Shown piece after piece: positions 17,514 to 26,596 of a stretch of 58,417 nucleotides of DNA. The notes below the pieces were generated by a model, which did not search any database, was not told the DNA's origin, and saw nothing but the letters and a program-made list of their open reading frames with translations. The position numbers and the translations under genes are program-made. This DNA comes from a virus (lineage: Duplodnaviria > Caudoviricetes): the IMG/VR virus record IMGVR_UViG_3300037408_000637, positions 1 to 58,417 of that record. One strand, 5' to 3'. Positions within the stretch are counted from its first letter, which is position 1; every line of letters begins with the position of its first letter.

Positions 17514-18347
17514 TCACTCGCTGTCCGACGCATCATCCGTGTCCACCTCCGTCTCGTCTGTCTTCTTGCCCTTTTTTTTGCCCTTCTTGATCACCGCTGC
17601 CCCAGCTACGGCCTTCTGGCTCCGCAGCGCCTCCAGGATCGACTTGATGTCCATCTCGCCCTTGCGCAGGTACCCAGTGGCCTTCACCCACTGAGGACGC
17701 CCTGGAAGATCCTCCGCCTCCACCACCTCGAAACGACCATACGTTCCGCCCTTCTCCGGACGCCACTCGAAGATGCCCACGCCGTACCCAGCTACGTTGA
17801 GCAGGTTTAGGATCTGCTCCTTCGAGATCCCCAGCGCGTTGTACTCCACCACGACGTCAATCGCCCATTCCGCATACTCCGGTCGGAAGCGGATGTCCGC
17901 CGACTTCGCTCCCCGCTGGCCACGCACGCTGATCATATCGGCGCGCATCGTCCCTTCCTGGCCATTTTTCCCGTCCAGATACAGGATCGCCGCGCGCTCC
18001 TTGTCCTCCGTGCCCCAGACGAAAAACGCCTGACTCATGTGCGTCTTCTTCATGTCGCTCACGGAACTGATCGCCGAAATCATCGCCTTCTTGACCGCCG
18101 TGGCCAGGATGGCCTCGTTCCCGTTGCGGTCGTAGTACTTGGCATCCGCCACATCGCCCTCTGGATCTCGCTCCGGCCGTCCCCCCTTGGGCACCTTCAT
18201 CTCCTTGCCCAACAGCTCCATGACCGCCTTCTTCGACCAGGCATGGACGATCAGCGGATCGTCCCCCTGGATGCGCACCCGCATGAAGCGGATGTCCATG
18301 AACGGTTTGTGCTTCATCGTCGCGCCCGATTTCTCTTCCTTCGCCAT
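17514..18347 (-). CDS. stand-alone Cas7/RAMP-like RNA-binding protein
   Basis: N-terminal VRIQGDDPLIVH strand, TAVKKAMISA helix, IRFRPEY..W, and Gly-rich C-terminal loop AGYGVGIFEWRPEKGGTYGRFEV; start re-called to MAKEEK after GAGGAG. Confidence 0.65.
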   Translation of the reverse strand: MAKEEKSGATMKHKPFMDIRFMRVRIQGDDPLIVHAWSKKAVMELLGKEMKVPKGGRPERDPEGDVADAKYYDRNGNEAILATAVKKAMISAISSVSDMKKTHMSQAFFVWGTEDKERAAILYLDGKNGQEGTMRADMISVRGQRGAKSADIRFRPEYAEWAIDVVVEYNALGISKEQILNLLNVAGYGVGIFEWRPEKGGTYGRFEVVEAEDLPGRPQWVKATGYLRKGEMDIKSILEALRSQKAVAGAAVIKKGKKKGKKTDETEVDTDDASDSE

Positions 18348-18417
18348 GTCGTTCTCCTCGACGCGAACCCAGGTTCGCGTGTGCAATGCGGCAATCTGCT
18401 GCCGCGATCCATGCTCG

Positions 18418-18446
18418 CCATTACAATAATCAACCGCGTTTGTCAA
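18418..18446 (-). promoter_or_regulatory. promoter of the RAMP-like gene/array, followed by a palindromic site at 18361-18380
   Basis: TTGACAAAC...-N17-TAATGG; same class as the promoters at 20887, 27364, 32586, 54402 and 57384. Confidence 0.6.
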
Positions 18447-20842
18447 TCGGCGGTCTTGCGCGCCGCCAAGCGCTCGAACCAGGCCACGACGTCGGTCTGG
18501 GCGACCACCTCGCCGCCGCTGACCGCCGCATGCGCGACCGCCCGCTTGTCCTCGATCAGCGCGACCATGTCCTCGTCGAACGTGTCCTCCCCGACCAGCC
18601 AGTAGGCCGTGACCGCCCCCTGTACCCCGATGCGATGGCAGCGCGCCTCCGCCTGATCCATGTCGCCCGCGTGCCAGCCGAACTCGAAGAAGGCCACGTT
18701 GCTCGCCGCCTGGAGGTTCAACCCGACGCTCGCCGCCTTGAGGCTGCATACGATCACGCGGCAGGTCGGGTCCGCCCAGAACCGCTGGACCGCCGCGTCC
18801 CGCGCTGCGTCCGCGTCCCCGCCGCTGATCGACACCGCGCCGTAGGCCGCCAGATCCGCCAGCAGCCGCTCCTGGATGTCCCGATGATGCGCGAAGAGGA
18901 CCAGCTTCTGCCCCTCCGCCGCCTCCAGCCACTCCTGCACCCAGGCCACCCCGTTCGCGTACTTGCCCCGGACCGCGAGTTGCCGCAGCCCCTCGACCCG
19001 GACCAGCATCTCCGCGCGATAGGCCGCCTCGGACGGGAGCGAGCCCCGGTTCGCCGCCATCCAGGCCACGATGTCGTCCATGGCCCGCTGGTAGGCGCGC
19101 GGGTCATCGACCTCGACCGGGACCACGGTCCGCCGCAGGGCGGGCAGCTCGGCCAGCACGTCCGCCTTCTCCCGCCGGATCATGCAGCGCTCCCGCAAGA
19201 GCCGGTTCAACTCGTCCAGGTTGGACGATCCGGTCATGTCCCAGCCGTATTTCGTCTCGTGTGCGGCGCAGTAGCGCTTGGCAAACGACATGAACCCGCC
19301 GAACGCGGCGAGCTGCCCCAGGATGTCCAACTGGCTCACGAGTTCGATGGGCCGGTTCAGGACGGGCGTGCCGGTCAGCAGCAGCGTGCATTTCAGCCCC
19401 GCCATCTTCGCCAGCGCCTTGACCCGCTGGGTCCGATCCGCCTTGGCCTGCTTGACCAGGTGCGACTCGTCCACGACCAGCGACCGGAAGCCATGCGCCT
19501 GGATCTCGGGCGCCAACGGCCACTCATATTTCTTCTTTTTGTCGCCGGGCTTCGTCACGTCCACCTTGCCGACCAGCTTGGAGAGTTGGTCGTAGTTGAT
19601 GACCACGACGTCCCCGCCCATGCCCGCGACCAGCCCGTGTTTGGCCAGCCGCTTCGCCGTCCCCTTGAGCCCGACGAGGCTCGCCGTGCGCCCGGCCAGG
19701 AACTTGGTCGTCTCCCGCGCCCATTGCCGCAAGACCGCCTTCGGAACCACGACCAGGCAGGGCCAGGCGTCCAACTGCGCGACCGTGATCAGCGCCTGGG
19801 GTGTCTTGCCCAGGCCCATTTCGTCCGCGATCAGCACCTGTCGCTTCTCCTGCGCGTAGGCCACCCCCGCCTTCTGATACGCATAGGGCACCGCCCCAGG
19901 GGCCAGGCCCGTCAACGCCACGTCCGCGTCCGCCGCCTGGCTCGCCGCCCGGAAGCGATCCGCCTCCACCCGCAGCGCCCAGAGGGGCTTCGCGCTGGCC
20001 CCCAGCCGCCACCCAAACCGCGCCGCCAACGCCTCGACCGCCTTGGCCGCCTCCGCCGTGGCAGGCGCCGTCCAGACCTTGTCCTGCGCGTTCCAGCGCC
20101 GCCCGGGCAGCGCCTCCTTGAGCGCCGCCGTCGCCTCGGGATGATAGGGGGTCCGCAGGACGATCTGGTCTTTCTCGATGAGGACGTGGTCCGGGGCAGG
20201 GGCCGCCGCGACTGGGGTCGCGTGCGCAGCGCCCTGGATCGTCTCCAGATCCGCGTTGCTCACGACGAAGTCAAACTGCGCGAAGATCGCCGGGAGCGCC
20301 CGTGCGTTCTCCGCCGACAGCTCCGCCTCCCATTGCCGGGCCTCGCCGTTCCAGCGCCGCCGCCCCGGCAGGGCCTTGATCGCCGCGATCAGGGCGTCGT
20401 TCTTCGGGCTGATGAAGCAGACCGCGCGACGGTCCACCCAGGCCAGGTAGTCCGCGACCTCGCGCACCCGCATGCGACTCGCCGCCCCCGTCGCGTAGGC
20501 CGCACGCACCCGTGTTCGCTCCGCCGCCGCCGCCCGCGTCTTGAAGGATTCGTAGTTGGCGTGCCGGTCGACCGGCACGGTCCTGATCACGCGCGGCAGG
20601 GAATCGCAGTCCACCCCGTAGGCCGCCAACTGGCCCCGGTAGTGGCCCAGCATGTCGCTCACCGCGACCAGATCCGCCTCGGTCCATTGATCCGCCGGGG
20701 TGGCCGCGATGGCCCGCCCATAGGAGGTATCCGACGCGCTAAAGCCGACCTGATCCTGTTTGCGCGCGCCGTCGCAGACGCTCGCCAAGGCCGCCGCCGC
20801 AAAGCGCAACCGTTCCGCGATTTCGATCTTTTCGTTGTCCAT
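18443..20842 (-). CDS. SNF2-family (SMARCAL1/HARP-like) helicase
   Basis: LIADEMGLGKT, VVDESH, LLTGTP..NR, GLNLQAA, QAEARCHRIG; two N-terminal repeats (LPGRRW...W). Confidence 0.9.
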   Translation of the reverse strand: MDNEKIEIAERLRFAAAALASVCDGARKQDQVGFSASDTSYGRAIAATPADQWTEADLVAVSDMLGHYRGQLAAYGVDCDSLPRVIRTVPVDRHANYESFKTRAAAAERTRVRAAYATGAASRMRVREVADYLAWVDRRAVCFISPKNDALIAAIKALPGRRRWNGEARQWEAELSAENARALPAIFAQFDFVVSNADLETIQGAAHATPVAAAPAPDHVLIEKDQIVLRTPYHPEATAALKEALPGRRWNAQDKVWTAPATAEAAKAVEALAARFGWRLGASAKPLWALRVEADRFRAASQAADADVALTGLAPGAVPYAYQKAGVAYAQEKRQVLIADEMGLGKTPQALITVAQLDAWPCLVVVPKAVLRQWARETTKFLAGRTASLVGLKGTAKRLAKHGLVAGMGGDVVVINYDQLSKLVGKVDVTKPGDKKKKYEWPLAPEIQAHGFRSLVVDESHLVKQAKADRTQRVKALAKMAGLKCTLLLTGTPVLNRPIELVSQLDILGQLAAFGGFMSFAKRYCAAHETKYGWDMTGSSNLDELNRLLRERCMIRREKADVLAELPALRRTVVPVEVDDPRAYQRAMDDIVAWMAANRGSLPSEAAYRAEMLVRVEGLRQLAVRGKYANGVAWVQEWLEAAEGQKLVLFAHHRDIQERLLADLAAYGAVSISGGDADAARDAAVQRFWADPTCRVIVCSLKAASVGLNLQAASNVAFFEFGWHAGDMDQAEARCHRIGVQGAVTAYWLVGEDTFDEDMVALIEDKRAVAHAAVSGGEVVAQTDVVAWFERLAARKTAD

Positions 20843-20886
20843 GAGCCCTCCGGTCCGCGCGACGATCAGCCGCCGCGATCCCTATT

Positions 20887-20915
20887 AATTTACCGCGTCG
20901 CCTTGGGTTTGTCAA
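20887..20915 (-). promoter_or_regulatory. TTGACAAAC-class promoter
   Basis: TTGACA-N17-TAAATT. Confidence 0.7.
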
Positions 20916-20930
20916 CCGGGGAGGTGCGGG

Positions 20931-21953
20931 TCAGAATACGAGCTTGCCATCCGCCCGGACGATCAGCGTCCGCAGGTGGTCCCAGGTGGTCTGGAAGCCC
21001 GCCGCGCCCCGGTGCCCACCCCCGGTTCCGACCGGCCCCTCGCTCCCGATCCGCTGGCACAACACGCCGCAGTCCAGGGTCGGATCCTCCGAGTACAGGC
21101 TCACCGACCAGACGCCCGTGTTCTCATACCCACACCAGACCATGACCCGGTGTCGCGCCCGATCATACACGCTCGCAAACCGCCCGCTGCCCCGCTGGCC
21201 GCCGTTGGCGATGATCGCGGGCACGCCGTCGAACGTCCCCTCGAATGCCCGCGCCCGCATCAACTCCGCGTCCTGCGCCCGCTCGTAACGCCCAAAGAGC
21301 CGCCCCACGTCGACCATCTGCGTGACCGCCCGCTCGTCCGCTGCTTGGAAGACAAGGACTTGACTGTCCACGAGCACCGTCTTGTTCACCAGCGCCTCCA
21401 GTTGCTCGCGCATCTCGTCGATGCCGAACTGGTCGAAGTACCGCTTCACGTCGGGCGCCACGCTGCCCAGATCCTTGGCATACCGCCAGGTGTCCCAGTC
21501 GCCAATCAGGGTCAGCCACCGAGGCCACGCCAACGTCTCACGTATCTGCGGAGTCCAGCAATAGATCCACGCCAGCTCGCACGCGGCCAACGGACGGCCA
21601 TCGGCCTCGGACATCCTCACGCCGTTGATCAGGCCGCCCAATCCCCCGTCACTGGCGCGATAGCCCTGGATCGCCGCCGCATGGTGATCGATCCACACCA
21701 GCCGCGATCCCAGTCGCTCATACAACGCCTCGATGGCCCCCGCCCCCTGGGGGGACCAGTCCACCAGGAACACCCGGTCAAACTCGTCCCCCATGGCATC
21801 CAACACCGCCTGCACGTTCTCCCCGTACCGGATCGGACGCGCCACCACGTCCCCGCCCCTGCGCCAGTGGGCATGGTGCATCACGATAGCCGCGCTCGCC
21901 GCCCCGTCCAGATCGTCATGGTGCAAGATCAACTCTCGATTCAACATTTGCAA
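20931..21953 (-). CDS. DHH-family phosphoesterase
   Basis: HHDDLDG, LVDWS, WIDHH, GGGHRGAAGF motifs. Confidence 0.9.
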   Translation of the reverse strand: MQMLNRELILHHDDLDGAASAAIVMHHAHWRRGGDVVARPIRYGENVQAVLDAMGDEFDRVFLVDWSPQGAGAIEALYERLGSRLVWIDHHAAAIQGYRASDGGLGGLINGVRMSEADGRPLAACELAWIYCWTPQIRETLAWPRWLTLIGDWDTWRYAKDLGSVAPDVKRYFDQFGIDEMREQLEALVNKTVLVDSQVLVFQAADERAVTQMVDVGRLFGRYERAQDAELMRARAFEGTFDGVPAIIANGGQRGSGRFASVYDRARHRVMVWCGYENTGVWSVSLYSEDPTLDCGVLCQRIGSEGPVGTGGGHRGAAGFQTTWDHLRTLIVRADGKLVF

Positions 21954-21960
21954 CCTCCTG

Positions 21961-22758
21961 TTAGAACGTCACCGCACACGGCTCGCACCCCTTAAACAGC
22001 GGCCACGCCGCCTGCATGATCTGCTCGGTGACCGCCGCCACCGGCTGGTTCCCGTCCACCACCACGTACCGGGAGTCACCGCTCTCCTTCTGCAACCACG
22101 CCCACAGGGCCCGATACGTCTTCACCACATCCTCTTGGAAGGCCAAGCCGTCGAACACCTCAACTACTCCCGACCGCGCCGCCCGCCGCCGGGCTGCCTC
22201 CTCGGGATCGACGTCCAGCAGCACCGCCAGGTCCGGCTCCCGCCAGCCGTGTGCCTCCCGCATCTGGCGCATCAACCCTTTTACCCAGTCGGACTGGAGC
22301 ACTCCCCGCCAGGCCGGGGTATACGACCCATTTTGGTACACCTGCACCGCCGCCTGGAGGCCCTGGTACACCGCCGTCGAGTACCCATAGCGGTCCAGGA
22401 GCACGCCCGCTGGCTGCGCCCACGCCTTGGGGCCGATCCCCAGCGCGGGGTCCACCACCTCCGTCACATGCAGGCAGCGATCCGCGCAGAAGAGGTGCGT
22501 CTGCACCTGCCACCCCCACGTCGGGCGCTCGCCCCGCAACATCGCCCGCAGCAACCGCCCGAACTCGCCATCGGTCGGCAACCGCGTGGACACCGCACGA
22601 ACACCGGCCAGCCCCGCCCTGCCGATCTGACGCCCCATGGCCTGCACCTGCGTCGTGGTCCCCGCCCCGTCCGCACCCTCAATCACTACGAACGGGCGCT
22701 GCCGCCCATCCGCAATCAACCCCGTTGTCTGCCTCGCCATCTGCCGCCCTCCTGTCAT
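21961..22758 (-). CDS. tmk: thymidylate kinase
   Basis: VVIEGADGAGTTTQ, LFCADR, LDRY..STAVYQG, PDLAVLLDVDP. Confidence 0.85.
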   Translation of the reverse strand: MTGGRQMARQTTGLIADGRQRPFVVIEGADGAGTTTQVQAMGRQIGRAGLAGVRAVSTRLPTDGEFGRLLRAMLRGERPTWGWQVQTHLFCADRCLHVTEVVDPALGIGPKAWAQPAGVLLDRYGYSTAVYQGLQAAVQVYQNGSYTPAWRGVLQSDWVKGLMRQMREAHGWREPDLAVLLDVDPEEAARRRAARSGVVEVFDGLAFQEDVVKTYRALWAWLQKESGDSRYVVVDGNQPVAAVTEQIMQAAWPLFKGCEPCAVTF

Positions 22759-24404
22759 TCAGCCCCGCCCGGTCCCACCTCGATCTCAGTCAGCATCAGC
22801 CGCCGCTGTGCGATCTCCACGTAGGCCCGTTCTCGCTCGATCCCCACGAACCGCATGCCCTCTGCCCCACACGCCACCCCCGTACTCCCGCTGCCGCAGA
22901 ACGGGTCTAGCACCAGGCCGCCCTTGCGAGTCACAAGTCTGACAAGCCAGCGCATCAAATCCACCGGCTTCACCGTCGGATGCGTGTTGCCGTAGGCCCG
23001 CTCCGCGCCGCCCGCCTTGGACGTGTAGTAGAAGCAAGCGTCCGCTGGTGTGATCGGGAACGCCGGGAAGAAGCGGGCCGCACTGCCGCTGTCGTTTCGT
23101 CCTATAACCTGCGCTTGAGCACCTCTATCACTGTAACAATTTAATTGTGGCTTCCCTTTTCTTCCGTTGCTAGATGCGCCATCACAATTCGGGAACCCCG
23201 CCACCACGGCGTCACTGCCGTCCGTCAGCACATTGGGCGGCCAGCGGCCATCTTGTTGCTTGTACTCTCCAATACCCTGGCGAAATCCACTCCCCTTGCC
23301 ATCGCTACGATCTGCGTTCTGCCATTCAGTCGTTTTCTCTCGATGTTCTCCGCAATACGCCCCGCCATTCAAGTCATCCTTTGTCTCAACGCGGCACCCG
23401 TCGATATTCAAGGCCCCGGTCCCCTGCGCGAGGACGTTCCGCGCCACCGTCCCCTGGAGCGGCTTCCGCGCCAGCACAAAAAACTCCACCGCAGGTTTCA
23501 ACGCCGTCCCTAACCCATGTTGGACTTTGAACTTACCACATGTCGGACAGAGTGGTATATTCGAGTAACGCAACCGGAGGTCACTAAATGAAACCGAATC
23601 GCCGACCAAATCAGGTATGTCACGAATGTGGAACTCCGTTTTATGGGGCACCGTCAGTGAAACGTGTGACGTGTTCTCTGGCGTGTCGGACGATTTACTA
23701 TCGCTCACTTGGAAATCTTCTGACAGGATCTCCATCTCGCACAAACAATCCCCGCTGGAAAGGAGGTCGCTATCTTCATCAAGGGAAGTATTGGCTTGTG
23801 CTTCTCCCGGAACACCCACGATCTGACCGACACGGCTATGTACGGCAGAGCCATCTCGTAATGGAGAAGGAACTAGGACGACCTCTGCTCCCAGGTGAGG
23901 TGGTACACCATCGGAACCATAAGACGACGGATGACCGTCCAGAGAATCTTGAATTATTTGCGTCACAACGGGATCACAAGCGCACTGAGCATCAGCGGGG
24001 AGAAAACCCTTTAACTTCTTTGAAACGTCAAGGCTTTTCGGAAAACCAGAACCTGTGATCCAGCAAATGGTATCACGAATTTCAAACCCAGAGTCCTCCA
24101 CCGCACATGCCAGCCGATGGTAGGTCCGCGTCGCGCCCGCCGCCACGAGGTGCCCGCCCGGCTTCAGCACCCGCAGCGCCTCGACCGCCCACGCCTGGTG
24201 CCACGCCTGCTGCCCCGGCCCGTCCCCTAACTTATCGAAATCCTTCCCCATAAATTCTAATCCGTAGGGCGGGTCGCAGACCACCGCGTCCACGCTGGCC
24301 TCCTCCATCCCCCGCATGACCGCCACGCAATCTCCCCAGATCAACCGCGTCCCTGTCGCACTCAACCCCAACAAGGGCTGCTGTCCGCTGTTCTTCTTGG
24401 CCAT
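22755..24404 (-). CDS. N6A/N4C DNA methyltransferase (beta class) containing an antisense HNH insertion
   Basis: VCDPPYG, GSGFPKS, GTALKPA, HPTVKP, DPFCGSGSTG. Confidence 0.9.
   Translation of the reverse strand: MAKKNSGQQPLLGLSATGTRLIWGDCVAVMRGMEEASVDAVVCDPPYGLEFMGKDFDKLGDGPGQQAWHQAWAVEALRVLKPGGHLVAAGATRTYHRLACAVEDSGFEIRDTICWITGSGFPKSLDVSKKLKGFLPADAQCACDPVVTQIIQDSLDGHPSSYGSDGVPPHLGAEVVLVPSPLRDGSAVHSRVGQIVGVPGEAQANTSLDEDSDLLSSGDCLCEMEILSEDFQVSDSKSSDTPENTSHVSLTVPHKTEFHIRDIPDLVGDSVSFSDLRLRYSNIPLCPTCGKFKVQHGLGTALKPAVEFFVLARKPLQGTVARNVLAQGTGALNIDGCRVETKDDLNGGAYCGEHREKTTEWQNADRSDGKGSGFRQGIGEYKQQDGRWPPNVLTDGSDAVVAGFPNCDGASSNGRKGKPQLNCYSDRGAQAQVIGRNDSGSAARFFPAFPITPADACFYYTSKAGGAERAYGNTHPTVKPVDLMRWLVRLVTRKGGLVLDPFCGSGSTGVACGAEGMRFVGIERERAYVEIAQRRLMLTEIEVGPGGAE
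23588..24058 (+). mobile_element. HNH homing endonuclease nested antisense in the methyltransferase gene
   Basis: CHEC/CSLAC Zn finger, NNPRWKGG, HLVMEKELGR.L..GEVVHHRN...DDRPENL; GGAGG RBS; promoter TTACCA-N17-TATATT at 23533-23561; lower GC. Confidence 0.85.
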
Positions 24405-24419
24405 CCGCCACCCTCTTTT

Positions 24420-24812
24420 TCAGTAGCCGCCCTGCCGCCGATGGTGACGGCTGGACGGCGCGTCATGCTTGCGCCGCTGGGACCACCCCCGATACACCGA
24501 GGACGCCACCCGGCACCCGCTGGCGACCAGGCAGGACACGTCCAGCGCGACCGCACACGCCGCGCACGGATACTCCGCATGCGACGTGGGGGCCACCCCG
24601 CACACCGGACACGGCGGCAACGCGAAGAAGCAGTCCTCGCAGTACACCCCCTCGGCCGTATCCCGCACCGCCACGTCGCGCATCCGCGCCCGCAACAGGA
24701 GCCGCCCCACCCGCCGCGCCGCCGCCGACGCCTCGCACTGGCGGCACAAAGCGGTGCTGTCCGCCCCCGGACAACCCGCCCAATGCCGCGCCCACGCCTG
24801 CTCGTCTTCCAT
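24420..24812 (-). CDS. Zn-finger protein (paralog of 42179-42562)
   Basis: YCEDCFFALPPCPVCG..TSHAEYPCAAC...YRGWS. Confidence 0.7.
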   Translation of the reverse strand: MEDEQAWARHWAGCPGADSTALCRQCEASAAARRVGRLLLRARMRDVAVRDTAEGVYCEDCFFALPPCPVCGVAPTSHAEYPCAACAVALDVSCLVASGCRVASSVYRGWSQRRKHDAPSSRHHRRQGGY

Positions 24813-24819
24813 CTCGAAC

Positions 24820-25287
24820 CTACCCCTCGTCCGGCGACGGGATCACGTCGCTCACTACGATGTCCACTTCGCTGAACATGAACGGGACATCGGACGGCGG
24901 CAATTTGCGACGCACGACGAGCGGATCGGTCAGCAGGTAGTGCGTCAACTGCGATGGATCATGATCGATCCACTGTCCCAAAATGTCCCGATGCCGCCAC
25001 ACCTGTGCGCAAATGGCCATGAGGCGCCCGCCCCAGATCGCATCGAACTCGACGCCGGACATGAACTTTTCCAATGTCTCCGACACCCAATCGCGGTGGT
25101 CCCCGTCGATCACGCCCTGTATATCTACCAGGAACGATCCGTTCGTGGCCTGGCGCCAACTGGCGTTACGAATGGGCACCCATCGCCACGCTTCCCAGCC
25201 CCGCCACGCCGTCGTGCCCGGCGGGGCAAACCCCCACGCCAGCACCGACGTCCGCCTGGCCTCGCTACTTTTGTTCTGCTCGGTCAT
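24820..25287 (-). CDS. hypothetical protein
   Basis: Start re-called to MTEQNK; coupled to the upstream gene. Confidence 0.55.
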   Translation of the reverse strand: MTEQNKSSEARRTSVLAWGFAPPGTTAWRGWEAWRWVPIRNASWRQATNGSFLVDIQGVIDGDHRDWVSETLEKFMSGVEFDAIWGGRLMAICAQVWRHRDILGQWIDHDPSQLTHYLLTDPLVVRRKLPPSDVPFMFSEVDIVVSDVIPSPDEG

Positions 25288-25675
25288 CCCCGCCGATCTC
25301 CTTCTCACCGTATGGCGTCCCCCAGATGTGGAAGATGCGCGGCTGATCGCCCCACAGGGCTCGCGCCCGTTCGATCTCCGCCTGTTGCCCCGGCGAGCAC
25401 CGGAAGTCGTACCAGGCATTCTTCGGGTAGATCACGTACATCTCATCGCAATGCCCGATCAGCGCCAGGCAGTGCGCCATGGCCACGTCCCGTTGATGCT
25501 GCTCGTCGATGTACTGCGGGATGAATAACGGTGGAGCCAGCGGCACCGCCCCGTGCATCGCGATCCACTGGCACCACTGTTTGATGCTCTCGACATTGCC
25601 CGCCGGATCGTCCGCGTAGGGATGGCACACGTAGGCCACCCGCGAACCCGGGTTCGTCTTGGGAATGACCTTCAT
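25265..25675 (-). CDS. nucleoside 2-deoxyribosyltransferase-like / DUF4406-like protein
   Basis: AYVCHPY, CLALIGHCDEMYV, SPGQQAEIERA. Confidence 0.65.
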   Translation of the reverse strand: MKVIPKTNPGSRVAYVCHPYADDPAGNVESIKQWCQWIAMHGAVPLAPPLFIPQYIDEQHQRDVAMAHCLALIGHCDEMYVIYPKNAWYDFRCSPGQQAEIERARALWGDQPRIFHIWGTPYGEKEIGGDDRAEQK

Positions 25676-26058
25676 GCGTCAACCAACTTCGTCCGCTTCG
25701 ACACCGCGCGCAGCTTCCGCTTCGGCTCCGAGGAGGCCGCGACCGGCGCCGGGCTCCCCTCCGGGATGAGATTCAACTGGGGCGGGGGCGGCAGGGGCGG
25801 CACCATGTTCGGCCGCGCCCCCGTCTGCACCTGCATCAGCCGCTCCGCCCACTTGTCCCCGACCAGTCGCCCCTCGTAGATCACCACGCCCGGCAACCAC
25901 TGGGCCGCCAGCGAGTTGCGCCCCCCCGCCGTGCGCGCCTCGATCTGCACCAGCACGCCCGCCCCCGGCACCAGCATCGCCCGCGTCTCGACCGTGCCCT
26001 GCGACAATTCCTGCGTGCCCAACGAGTACCACTCCGCAAAAATCTTCTTCTCGTCCAT
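25672..26058 (-). CDS. hypothetical protein
   Basis: GGAGG RBS before MDEKKIF. Confidence 0.6.
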   Translation of the reverse strand: MDEKKIFAEWYSLGTQELSQGTVETRAMLVPGAGVLVQIEARTAGGRNSLAAQWLPGVVIYEGRLVGDKWAERLMQVQTGARPNMVPPLPPPPQLNLIPEGSPAPVAASSEPKRKLRAVSKRTKLVDA

Positions 26059-26146
26059 GTCGTCCCTCCAACCCTGTGTCATCTCTGCGCACCCATTTCG
26101 GGCCCGCAGGCTATCACCTTCTGCCCCTGTGTCTCCAGCCCGGTCC

Positions 26147-26524
26147 CTACTTGAGCTGCTGCGCCAGCCACTCCTGCAATCGAATCGCATCTGACGGATC
26201 GATGAGGATCGTCTGCCTGGTCCCACTCGCGGGCCGCACGGTCAGCCGTACCATGAACTGGCCCAGACGGCTGAGGTCGAATCCAAACTCCACGCGCCCG
26301 CCATCCAACGCGAAGGTCTGCTGCTGCATCTGCGCGTACATCGCCCGGCGCTGGTCCTCGCAATCCAGGACACGCTGCTTCAGCGTGATCTCCTCGGTCC
26401 ACCGCGCCGCCATGGACGCGGCCAGACCCATGGCATTTGCTGGCTCCCCTTCCACCGCCGCCGTCGTCACGCGCACTGCCCGCAGCCGCTGCTGCCCCTT
26501 CTTGCTCGTCGCCATCATCGTCAC
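26147..26524 (-). CDS. hypothetical protein
   Basis: ORF with phage-like codon usage. Confidence 0.55.
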   Translation of the reverse strand: MTMMATSKKGQQRLRAVRVTTAAVEGEPANAMGLAASMAARWTEEITLKQRVLDCEDQRRAMYAQMQQQTFALDGGRVEFGFDLSRLGQFMVRLTVRPASGTRQTILIDPSDAIRLQEWLAQQLK

Positions 26525-26596
26525 CGCCTTTTCTGCGTTGCCACCATGACCATGCGAACCGTCACATGATCGCCCGCGACCCGTCCCGACATCCTG

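Noticed and set aside
17514-18932. 472-aa version of the RAMP-like ORF
   Set aside because: The N-terminal extension overlaps the helicase gene and crosses the promoter; the RBS supports ATG at 18347
19039-19054. Degenerate palindrome GCGAGCCCCGGTTCGC
   Set aside because: Two mismatches to the consensus in GC-rich coding DNA; may be chance, so not counted
6773-21145. Long + strand ORFs (e.g. 6773-8821, 13945-16242, 18386-21145)
   Set aside because: Antisense shadows of high-GC3 minus-strand genes; no recognisable motifs
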